A stretch of DNA of 64,000 bases from positions 1,364,001 to 1,428,000 of the forward strand of contig ML978123.1 in assembly GCA_010015805.1 (NCBI GenBank). The letters are read 5' to 3'. The notes beneath the pieces were generated by a model. It was not told the DNA's origin. It did not search any database and saw nothing but the letters and a program-made list of their open reading frames with translations. This document shows positions 24,601 through 34,920 of this stretch, piece by piece. A program made the position numbers and the translations under genes. The number at the start of each line of letters is the position of its first letter. The first letter of the stretch is position 1. This DNA is from Rhizodiscina lignyota. Lineage: Eukaryota.

Positions 24601-26987
24601 TCATACACAAGACACCATCCCTATGACAACTAAACACACGCTGCCGACGCTCCATACTAACCGCGTCTGCAGCGCGCTCGCAGCTCCAGTAGCATACTGA
24701 ACGGACGTCGAGCTCGTCGAACTGGCGGAACTCCCCGAGCCACTCGTCCCCATGTAGCCCAGGCCGCTCATAATAGCACCCCCTACCCCCCGAGTAGACG
24801 TCGATGCCGTGTGATAGAACACAGTGCCAGCAGTTTTGCCATCAACAACCTGCACCACGTTGCCGGCAGGATCCGTCGCTAAATCGATAATGGAGTTCGC
24901 GACAGTGATGGACGCGTCGGAGCGGAGCCTCTGACCCGATATGATAAACTCAGAGTTCCGTGTTGCCGTGTACGTCTTGCCGCCAACTGTCATCTCAGGT
25001 AGAGTTGTAGCGGTAGGAGCGGTCGTGGATGGCGAGGCATTTTGAATTGTTTGCGGGATGCCATCTACAAAAGCGATCGAACCAGAGGGGTCGAGAGAAA
25101 TTACGGCTTTGGAGATGGTGATTTCGCTTCCACCAGGCTGGAGTGTTTGGCCTCCAACGACGAAGTGGGAGAAGTGCGTCGCGGTGTATGTCTTGCCGCC
25201 TACTGTCATCTCTGGTAGAGCTGTAACGGCTGAAGCGGCAGTGGCGGGGGAGATATGTTGAAGCGTTTGTGTGACTCCGTTAACCATGGCGAATGAACCA
25301 GAGGGGCCAAGAGAAATCGGTGTATTCGAAACGGTGATCTGACTTCCGCCTGGCTGAAGCGTCTGACCTCCAATAACATACTCAGAGCCATGCGTAGCTG
25401 TGTATGTATTTCCGCCTACTGTGAGTATTGGTGCAGTCGTTTGCAATACCCCCGTGGGCTGGGAGACAGGCTGGAGCGTTTGTGTTGCTCCGTTGACCAC
25501 AGCGAAAGAGCCATGAGGGTCAAGTGATATCGGTGTGTTCGACACTGTGATCCTGCCTCCCGGCGTCAGAAGCGTTCCCCTGAATTCGTAAGCCGATTTC
25601 GAATTAGCCACGATGGTAGTATCGTCAAATGTAAGCATTGCTGGGCCAAGGCCGGGAGCGACGCTGGAAGATGGCTCCCAAATCGATTGTGTTCCGTGGA
25701 ATGGAGTTGCTTGGGACGTAGCTATCGCATCACCAACGGTTGATGGGCCTGCACCAACGATATCGGTGGATCCGAAGACGCTGGCAGAATGAGTGATCCC
25801 CGGCTCCGATGCCAGAGCAGCCTGGCCCTCCTTCGCAGATACTGAGCTCGTTTTCACGTTCGTAGCATCGGCTCCAGCGGTGGCTGGATTGCCCGAAGAA
25901 CTTCCACTCCCATTTGCTACGCCATCAGTTGTTGATGTAGGGAGATTTTGCGGGGCCTCTGTAGTAGAAGGTGCGTTTGTGCTATGTTGCTTTGCAGATT
26001 CTGCATTCCCAATTACAGAAATCAGGTCGTGCACCATACCGCTCTCTTCCTCAGAGCTGCCCGACTTAATCTTGTTGATCCCATTGGCATTATGAGGCGT
26101 CGTAGTACTTGGTAGAGGAGCATTCGTATGCTTCGCGAAAGATGTTGAGGTCTGGGTTAGGAGGCTAACAGACAACATGACGAATGCCGGAAACCCGTAG
26201 TACATGCCCGGGCCGCAGCCATCAAGGTCCGGAGAGATGACGCTAAGATTCCCGAATGGTGCATTGCCTCCGGTATCAGCTTTGAGCAGCTTCCAGAAAT
26301 CCCCGCGAGGATCGCTCGCCTGTGGTGATGGTGCGGGCCCCTGTGCAGGCGTTTTGTATGGGGGGTATTTGGTGTATTCGAATCCGATAACCGTAGAACA
26401 GATTAGGCGGCCTGCACTATTGCGGATTGGTAGGACTCCATCCCAGCCATATTGCATTGGCCAGGCTGTGAATGGAGTGGGATATGCTCTTGAGATGTAT
26501 TAGTCTGAGTTTCTAAGTCTTGTGAGATCGCTTCGATACCTACAGGACTGTTGAGGTGGACGTGCCAGACCGATCATCATCGTATGTTATCGTAGATATC
26601 CTTGTGCCCGCTGCGTTCGTTGGACCACTGAAAGCTAACGTGAGAGGCAAGTCGCTTGGCAGAGCATTGTACTTGGTGCTAGTTGATGTGGCGTTCGTGC
26701 CATTGGTTACAATGTGAATGACAGTAGCGTGGACGAGGTATGATGTTGTTATACTCTGACGGTCCCAGTAATAGACTATACCCTGGTTTCCATCGATGGT
26801 ACAGTCTTTCGAGCATGACGAGCTATGTTGGATCGGCGCTGTGGGTGTGGGTGATGAGATGTTTCCGAAGAATCGTGCTGTGGGTACTGTGAGCAGGAAT
26901 AATTGAACAGAATATGATTGGCGTACGTGTGATCAGCTGGCCGAATCCAAGATTTGCAAGCCATAATACGATGAATGGCAGAAACAT
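24601..26987 (-). CDS. Ser/Thr-rich, repeat-containing, probably GPI-anchored cell-wall protein, 2 introns
   Basis: Signal peptide MFLPFIVLWLANLGFG; two GT-AG introns (about 26872-26926 and 26490-26544) splice in frame to the 618-aa ORF. Hydrophobic C-terminal tail LVWSVGSVCLVVIGMVSCV. Confidence 0.8.
24870..25630 (-). repeat. About four degenerate internal coding repeats (TVGGxTYTAT...IGGQTLxPGG..ITVSNTPISLDPSGS..VVNGxTQTL)
   Basis: Directly visible in the translation of ORF 24601-26457. Confidence 0.8.
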
Positions 26988-27644
26988 CGCGATATTGGAA
27001 AATTGAATGGTGATCGCAATGCAAGCACCGATGGTAGACCAAGGACTGAGCGTACCTAACCACAAACACGAACACGTGGAGCGAAATTAGAGGGAAAGAA
27101 GTATGGTATCTGAACACTCATGCTATAATCCAAGGACAAAGATAGATTTGATGATAAAAAAGCGAAGGTAAACGTTTTGAGCGAGCCAACGACCGAACCA
27201 TACACAGGTTATCATCGCAGCGACAGGGCCGATATTTGAGTATCTCTGCGCTACCCAACGTATTACAATGGCTGTGGGCAGCTTCAATACTATATTTACC
27301 CCATGTCCCTATCGATGGCTTCAGAGGGTGCGGCGGCTTGTAGTTGGAAGCACGAGGCTGTCAGACATGTAACGTCTGCACATTCCTCCCAGCCACAAAA
27401 GGCACCGGGGCAGGCTTCGTGATTGGTGAAGTCTCTGAGCTGCCATATAAGAGTGGCATATATGATATTGATATACGAACTCGTAAGGTTCGCCGGTCGT
27501 ATTCTGTATTCCAGGACAGAACAAGTGTGCCAGGGTGTTCTCCGAAAGACCCGGCCAGGCAACCGCCAGAATGCTAGATGACTCAGACTATGATTAAAGA
27601 GATTAGTGAGCCAATGAAATGCCTCTGAGTCTCTTTGGTCTTGA

Positions 27645-29674
27645 TTAAAAGAGGATCTTTAGCACAGATCCACGAGCAGCAATATGAAGACACTTTCGCT
27701 CATCCAAAGTATGAGTGGTTTCGCCTTCTAACAATTCTCCATTTACAACAGACGTGCCCTGATGTCCTTGCAATTTCTCCACCTCTTCGGCTGTGAGCCA
27801 TTCTATGCCATACGAAAGTCGTCTGAGGGTATTACGAGGCTTGTGTACCGTTGTCTCCGTCGAATAGTCAATCAAAACCTCCAGAGGGCCCGCGACGTAG
27901 GATCGTGAAGCTGTTTCGGCTGCTATACACCTTCGTAGCAATTGGCCTTGGACTAGTTCGTGGCCGTAGAGTATGCTCGTTGCCGATGCGCCTGTATCTG
28001 ATCCAACAGAAGCAGCTTGCGACCCACAATGAGTGAGCACTTCCTCATCTTCTGTTGCTAACGTGACAAGATGTTCTATTCGTCCTGAAGAGTCAGTCGA
28101 AACTGTAAAGGCTGATGTTCCGGAACAAGTGGATGATGAAACTTGGCTTTTTCTAGCAGCCGGGTCATTAGCCGTTTGCAGCTCCATCACCTCCGTTTGT
28201 CCTTTAGTTACTGGTGGTAGTCCGTCCTGCAGTGTAGAAACAGACCCAGGAAGCGTAAGTAGTGTGCTCTCATTTGGATACGGGTGAATAGTCTTTTGAC
28301 GTCTCGAACGAAGGGCCGTGAGACTGAGCTTGATATGACTTTCCAGTACCTTGTTGAACTGCTGCTCTGTGTTGAAGAGCTTCGGTAGAAATGGTAGCTG
28401 CCATCCAGGGTACAATCTTCCATGGTGTCGTGGCATGTGCATCTTTCCATGCGCAAGGATGAAAGCATTGCAAAGGAAGCAAGCGTCCTTGCTCGAGCAG
28501 ATAACTCGGGCTGGCACATTAGTGTAGTTCGATTCCGTGTAAAAGAGGAGCTGAATCTCTGCGTGGATCTTTGACTCATTCTGTGTCTTCCTCATCTGCT
28601 CTGCAAATTGTTCACTTGCTTCCGGCCGAGTTATTCCCAAAACTCGAGAGATGTGCTCAATATGCTGTTCTGAACTACCTTTTGATATTCTCGATATTGT
28701 AGAATGGAGCGTCGAAGTACATTTGCCGTTTGCAACACTTCGAAATGCCTCTTGAGGAAGATTGGCGAGAACGACATTTAGCTTTCGGACCAATGGATAT
28801 TTCTTCGCTGTGCTATAAAGAAATTTTGCCGCTTCTCGGTATCTCGCAACTTTTCCGGTAATGTTTAAAAGATTTCTCCTCGAACTCGGATCCATGAAGC
28901 GGTTCGGTATAGCACTGAGCAGGGTGGGAAGTTCTCGCAGTTGCCACAAGTAGAATATCCCTTCGACCAACTTCCCTAAGCCGACTGTCGTTCGGTACTT
29001 CGCCCATAAGTCAACTAGCTTTATCACTTCTTTGGCTCTCTCCTTGAAATTTTGCGCGACGTGGGACATTTTCCTAGAATGGTGGCTATTGAGCTGTTCG
29101 ATTGCATCCAAAGCCTTTTGAAGAACAGGCTGAATAGGGGTTTTGAGCGTGCCTCCCTTCTTTCGGGCAATTCCTAGGCGGCAGAGAATTCGGGGTGAGC
29201 ACACTGAGATGATTGTGGCAAAAATGTCACTCTCAAGGTTCGTGTCATCAGTCTCTAGGCGAGATTGCTTAGCATCAGAAGAGCGTTAAGAATGAATAAC
29301 TCACCATCGGATACCCGAGACAGTACATCGAAGATTCCTTCTAAGCCCTGCTTGATTTCTCGTAGAATTTGACTTCCGTCTTCGAATGTAGCTTTGTTCA
29401 CGGCCAGTACAACGTTCAAGCGCGTCGACTTCTTGCATTCTTCTACACACACTGCAGGAATGTGGCTAGGATCATCTTTTATATTTGAAAGAAATGCGAG
29501 CGTGCCGGCTAGGCTACGTTCCCTCTTGAAAGACAAGGCATAAATGTTCTGACGAGATGTTGGGATATCAGCTGGATTGGACGAAGGTAGAGTGGGAACG
29601 GAGTGTAAGAGATGGAGAAGCGCAATATTCTCAGCGCTTGAAATTGCACAAGTAGGGGGGGTTTTTGGACTCAT
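27645..29674 (-). CDS. OTT_1508-like nucleic-acid/nucleotide deaminase-fold protein, intron 29255-29304
   Basis: Zn-deaminase motifs IHAEIQL, ICSSKDACFLC and HGRLYPGW. N-terminal ER.LAGTLAFL...IPAVCVEE...LAVN. A GTGAGT..GCTAAG..TAG intron joins the 169-aa and 519-aa ORFs in frame. Confidence 0.82.
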
Positions 29675-30449
29675 TGAGCGCGGTTTCCTGTTGAAGTGCT
29701 GGAGGCCTGCAATGCATTTCGCTTTATAACGCTGGAGAAATTCTACATACCTTAGGTGGGGCAAAGCACATTGTTGAACGAGGCTGATGTCGTACGTGGG
29801 CGGTAGGCGCTCGTCGTCTCCAGCCTCGCGGCCTCTTCGGCCGCATTCTCATATCTAGGAACAGCGCATCTCAAGCTCTGTGTGGAGTGTCTTAAGTTGT
29901 ATTTGCCTTGAAATGAGATTGACTTTCCCCACACCCGTGACCCATGCGAATGCGCTTGATTATCTGTACACGCCGTCACTCATTTATGAGAATAAACCCC
30001 GGATCCATTGCGATACCACAGATGCAAGAGCTTTCGCTACCACGAAGGCTCTATATAAACATCCTCCTACCGCGCTGAGAATTATGACCATCGCCAGAAC
30101 TTTTAGATATAGGCCGTGATCTCTTAAAGGTGGTATGATTAGCGGCGGGTACGTAAAAGTAGCGGGGCGCGACCCCTGCCGCGCGTTGCCGTATCGGTGA
30201 GAGCTCGCCGGAAAGGACTGTCGCTGGCAGCGACTCCAGCGAGTCGCTAGTTTTGAACTCCCCTTAGCGGAAACGCTGGACAAGGGCTTTCAGCTCCTGT
30301 TGATTCGAGATGGCGTGGTTCCATTTTCTTTTCTTGCTCGTCTGTCTCCTTGGATTTTTCATTATGCACAGCCAAGAGCATCACTTTCCTTTCCCCCAAA
30401 AGCATTGCTTACCAGTCCATCGTGACACCCACACTCACCCGCCTTAAGA

Positions 30450-31632
30450 ATGGAGCCGGACCGTGTCGCTGGGATGACTGATGTTATTATCGAGGTATTC
30501 GGCGCGGTTGGTGCTCCAGCGAGGCTATTTGGGCGCTTGCCTCTCATCACGCGTTACCTCTGGAGCGGATTGGCGTCGCCATGGTTCAGTCCCAGGTTTG
30601 CGAGAAATCGCTTTGGGAAGAACTACCAAATGCGCCCATGGCTGCTGTTCGATATGCAAGAGCTTCAGATGTTGGAGGAGCTCATCAATAAGGCAACCGA
30701 TCAGCGCGTGCAAGAGTTTCGGCAGCATCAATTAGAGAGTTTGAACATGGTTTCCGTTGTGGTCAGTAAATCCTTTTTTTAAAAATAATAATAATCGATC
30801 TCTTGAAACAGAATGAACGAGGTTAGCTGAGGATTTCTAGTCGGCGCTTGTATCCGGAATCGGTCTAACTGCGCTACAACTGCCTGGCATGGAAAGCACA
30901 AGCTATCTGGGACGAGGCTGCTTCTGTGTCTCGACCATCATAGCTCTACTGGCTACATTCTTTACGTGTCTTCAGCAGCGGACGTACGGCTTCATCGAAG
31001 AACCTGGTGCGATTCGGGCATGGCTGTCGAATGGAGTGCGCTACTTGAGTGCGGATGGCATTGAGACTCTACAGAGTTCTGTCGTCAGCCACAATTTGCT
31101 CCAAGCCCCATTCGAATTGCTGTGCATCTCAATCACGACATTCTTGCTCGGGTTTGGCGTCCATCTTGGAAGCGCTTATGTGGAAAATGTTCCACTAGGT
31201 GTAGAAGAGAGCATTGGCAACCGAGGCGTTCTAATCGCCTTCTGTATTGGAACGGCATTCGCGTTGGGCTTGCTGGGTCAAGTCCTCGGAGGCAAAGACG
31301 TCGAGAGGAACAAGTTCTTGAGGAAGTTGGCTAAGGATGGGACAGAGATCGGGGAACCCATGCCTCTTGAAATTCCAAGCTTTACTCCTATGAGCGCAGG
31401 CGTTTCCCCAGGCGGCATCTCGTGGACTGGCCCTCACACAAGGATATCAGTGACTCCAAAGGGCGCCTCCTTAGAAATTCCCCGCCAGGAGGACGTCGGA
31501 ATTCCAGGACGAGAGAAGCATGCATCTGCGAGCCTTGCAATAGCGCTTCAGCAAGCTGCAGCTGCCCATCATGCCTGTGCCGCTGCTGAAGCAGAAGTAG
31601 CGCGATGGTACGAGGGAATGGCTAACGCTTAA
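30450..31632 (+). CDS. Hypothetical four-TM membrane protein (PGG/DUF6535-like hydrophobic pattern), intron 30762-30840
   Basis: GTCAGT...GCTGAG...TAG intron joins the 110-aa and 247-aa ORFs in frame (LNMVSVV|SALVSGIGLTALQLP); four hydrophobic segments. Confidence 0.7.
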
Positions 31633-31723
31633 AGAGAATAGACGCCTGCTTTGTAACTGCTTCCGATTTGTGCATTGCATTTGCATGTGGATAATATATA
31701 CAAAACGAGCAAGCCGAATTCGA

Positions 31724-32635
31724 CTACCATGACAGCAACGGTAACCTCTTCGCGGCAAAATACGACCAATACAACCATTTGTTATCATCGCTTGGAGCAC
31801 CGGCCCAGTCGTCCTTCGCAATAGCCCCCAAAGCCCAGTCGCTGTAGAAGGCCGCCAGCATGCCCATACAGCAGGCTATCGCGACGACCATAGCAAACAT
31901 ACTGCCGAATACCGACGTGACAAATCCCTCGGCATCTCCTCGGAACGAGCAATACATCGCGATCAAGGTGATCAACCCGGCCGCTCCAACTATACCGCCG
32001 AAGACATACGTGATGATTCGGACCTTTGGATTAACGGTGAACGTCTGTATGACGAGCGATATCAGTCCAGTGAGGCCGACGATAGTGCCGAGGGCATAGA
32101 CAACAAGCCAGGCGAATATCCCTCCCTCCTCCTCAAGTTCCATTCCTTTGTATTTGCGCAACTTGACGGAACGATGCAGCCCCACGACGGCGAGCGTGAA
32201 CGACATCGTGGTCTTCCAAACCGCAAGCAAGACGAACTGCCAACGGCCCAAACAGCGGACGATCGTGAATGCTGCTAGCGGCACGGTGATTACAACGCTA
32301 GCAAGCGCGAGGAAGAAGTCCCAATAGTTGTGCTCGAGCTTCGAGAATGGAGGAAGAGGCTTGCGCCCAACGCCGAGCATGATTACAGTGTAGTAGGTTA
32401 TGACATGACTCGCGAAGCCGATGCCACCGTAAGGTAGACTGTAGCATTGTAATTCGTCGGGAATGGTGTTGCCCTCTTTCTGAGGGATGAGGTCGTCATG
32501 TATGAAGGTCTCAAAGTCGAATGGAGTAGGAGCGGAGAGCGTAGATATTGGAAAGATTAGAAAGTTGACGAATAGGAGAATGACTGAGAAAGTCGGGACG
32601 CAAAACTCAACGCCATAGAAGTTTAGTAGTACCAT
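31724..32635 (-). CDS. Hypothetical multi-pass membrane protein
   Basis: Intronless ORF with about 6-7 hydrophobic helices; motifs LQCYSLPYGGIGFASHVITYYT and SDWALGAIA...LYWSYFAAKRLP. First ATG at 32635; TATA-like element upstream. Confidence 0.75.
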   Translation of the reverse strand: MVLLNFYGVEFCVPTFSVILLFVNFLIFPISTLSAPTPFDFETFIHDDLIPQKEGNTIPDELQCYSLPYGGIGFASHVITYYTVIMLGVGRKPLPPFSKLEHNYWDFFLALASVVITVPLAAFTIVRCLGRWQFVLLAVWKTTMSFTLAVVGLHRSVKLRKYKGMELEEEGGIFAWLVVYALGTIVGLTGLISLVIQTFTVNPKVRIITYVFGGIVGAAGLITLIAMYCSFRGDAEGFVTSVFGSMFAMVVAIACCMGMLAAFYSDWALGAIAKDDWAGAPSDDNKWLYWSYFAAKRLPLLSW

Positions 32636-33477
32636 GATTGCGGCGAGACAGCTATACGGAGGAGGGATCGCGAGAGCTTCCACCTTTTGGTCTCATATCG
32701 TCTACTATATAAGAACAAGGCTGTGCGCCTCCTTTGCAAGAGCCTCATCTCATCGTCCAATAAACTTTACCTCATGGGCGGTGCATTCGGTGCCTGAATG
32801 AATCATCGTTATCCGGAGAAGCCTCAGCATTCGGGAGCGCAAGGCTGTATTTAAGTCGTTTGAAATATGTTCTGATTTCTGTGAGTTGGCAAGCCTTGCC
32901 TTGGCCGGATTCCCTTATTTGGGTGAAGACGGCTTAGACGGCGCAGGCCTCGCCCCCAACACGCGACGCCCGTACGGCTGAGCTCGTGGCCGTGATCTCG
33001 CTGCAGTGTGGCTGTCGGCATTCCTTTGCATGTTGGTGGGAAGAGTTGGAGTTTGATTTGCTAATGGTGAGCTTCAACTCCTCGCTTCTGAAGTAGTCTG
33101 CAAGGGGTTGTCGTTGGATTTAAGCCACCTGAAAACAGCCACACTTACTTACATAATAGATCAGATGCCTGCACTGTGCCTTTGCACGTTGCTCAGTGGG
33201 GATTCTTGGAGCAGAACAGACACGTTCATGACTCCGCATCTTCGGTCTATTGCACGCCTGTCTTATTACGATTTTGCAAGCATCTTCTAGGACTCATTGT
33301 TTTCAGCACCACATGGAGTGAGAATCGTGAGAATCGATTTTTATGTTTCTTTGGAGTCGCTGACAATCGTTGGATCGATTGCTGTCAAAAAGTTATATCA
33401 CAGTTCCTTGACTCCGCGATCTGACGTGTAAATGCAAGGCATGAACTAGCTCAATCCCGCCGAATAGCAACAGAGCT

Positions 33478-34522
33478 TCACTCCTGCGTAAACTCTGGCT
33501 CTCCACCAGCAGCTTCCTGCTCCGCAAGTCTCGCCTGATCAGCCGCCTGCTGAGCCTGAATCGCCTTAGCACCATAGTCCTGGCTCATTGGCTGCAGCAC
33601 TGGTTGCTCCTCCTTCGGCTCGATGATAGTGACGGTGTCTGGAAGACTCTTCGATGGGCCAGCCTTGCCCTCTGGGTCGCTGCCACGCATGATCTTGACC
33701 TTGATACCGAGCACACCCTGACGGAGTAAGACGTGACGGGTCGCCTCGTCGATGAAGTCCTTCGCTGGTTGACCGGAGTGAATCATGAATCCGTCCTATC
33801 GATTGTCAGATTACGTCCTGTGCGCATTTAAATTGACATACAGTGAACTTCATGCTCTTTGCACGCGCAGCCCTCAACTTGCCGCTAACGACGACTTCAC
33901 AACCCTTGGCACCGCTCTCCATGATGAACCTAAGGACACCATAGCACGCCCTCCTAACAGCCAGACCATTCAACAACTTGTACCTCAGACTCTCGCATTG
34001 TGCGACAGCGCTGAGACCACGGTTCTGAACCTTGGCGGCGTAGAGAGAGACGCTGTTCTCGGGAAACTTGAAGCGCTTCTGGATGAGCGAGGTGAGCTCG
34101 CGGATACGACGTCCTTGCTCGCCGAGAACTTCTTGTGTGTGGGTAGCGCGGATGATGATGTCGGTAACGGTGGGGGTAACGCGGACTTCGACGCCGGAAT
34201 AGCCCTCCTCAGCGAGTTCACGCTGGAAGAACTCGTTCAGCTCGGCATAGAAGACACCGTCTGTAGAACCACGCCAAGTTAGTATTTGCGCATCGAACGA
34301 ATTTGTGACTGTGCAGGACAGGAGAGAAATCGTCGGTTTCAAATCGTGAGTGCTCTACGGCGAGAACAAAACGACTTGATAATTGAACCGATGAGCATTG
34401 ATATATCAAGGAATCGTACCTGCAACGAACTTTCTCCTCTTGGAGCTATTTGATAGAGTCAGTGCCAGAACGCTTCTCCATTAGATGTTGGCCACTCACA
34501 TCGCGCCAGGCTGCGTCGCCAT
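33478..34522 (-). CDS. RPS3: 40S ribosomal protein uS3, 3 introns
   Basis: Spliced product [43 protein letters not shown]...[24 protein letters not shown]... Confidence 0.98.
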
Positions 34523-34920
34523 CTTTACAGGTCTGATGTAATTTCGAGAATGACTGCAGGACCGTCGAGCCTCAGCAGTCTCTCGAGCGTTGTTGTTGCG
34601 ATGATGCTTGGTTGGAGGTCGTGGGTAAGTTTCGATAGCACGGAATTTGGCGATTGTGGGAGGTGGATGATCTGCCAAGCCGCTAAGATAGGCGGATCTA
34701 CACGCGCGCTTAGGGACATCAAGGCTGATGTCGCTGTCCCGCCGCGTGAACAATTGCTCACAAGGAGTACAGCAGCTGATGCCTTCTCCTCAAGAAGAGA
34801 ATGATCTTAAAGCCCAATAACAACGACTCTTTCAGGCACATCCATTTGCGCAGGTGTAAGGAGAGACCCCCGCCTAGGCCTGCATGAGAAACAGCTGCCT
34901 AGGCTTGCGGCACTGCGGTT

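Noticed and set aside
34261..34419. Intronic snoRNA in the long RPS3 intron
   Set aside because: No RUGAUGA/CUGA box pair or convincing H/ACA structure on the sense strand.
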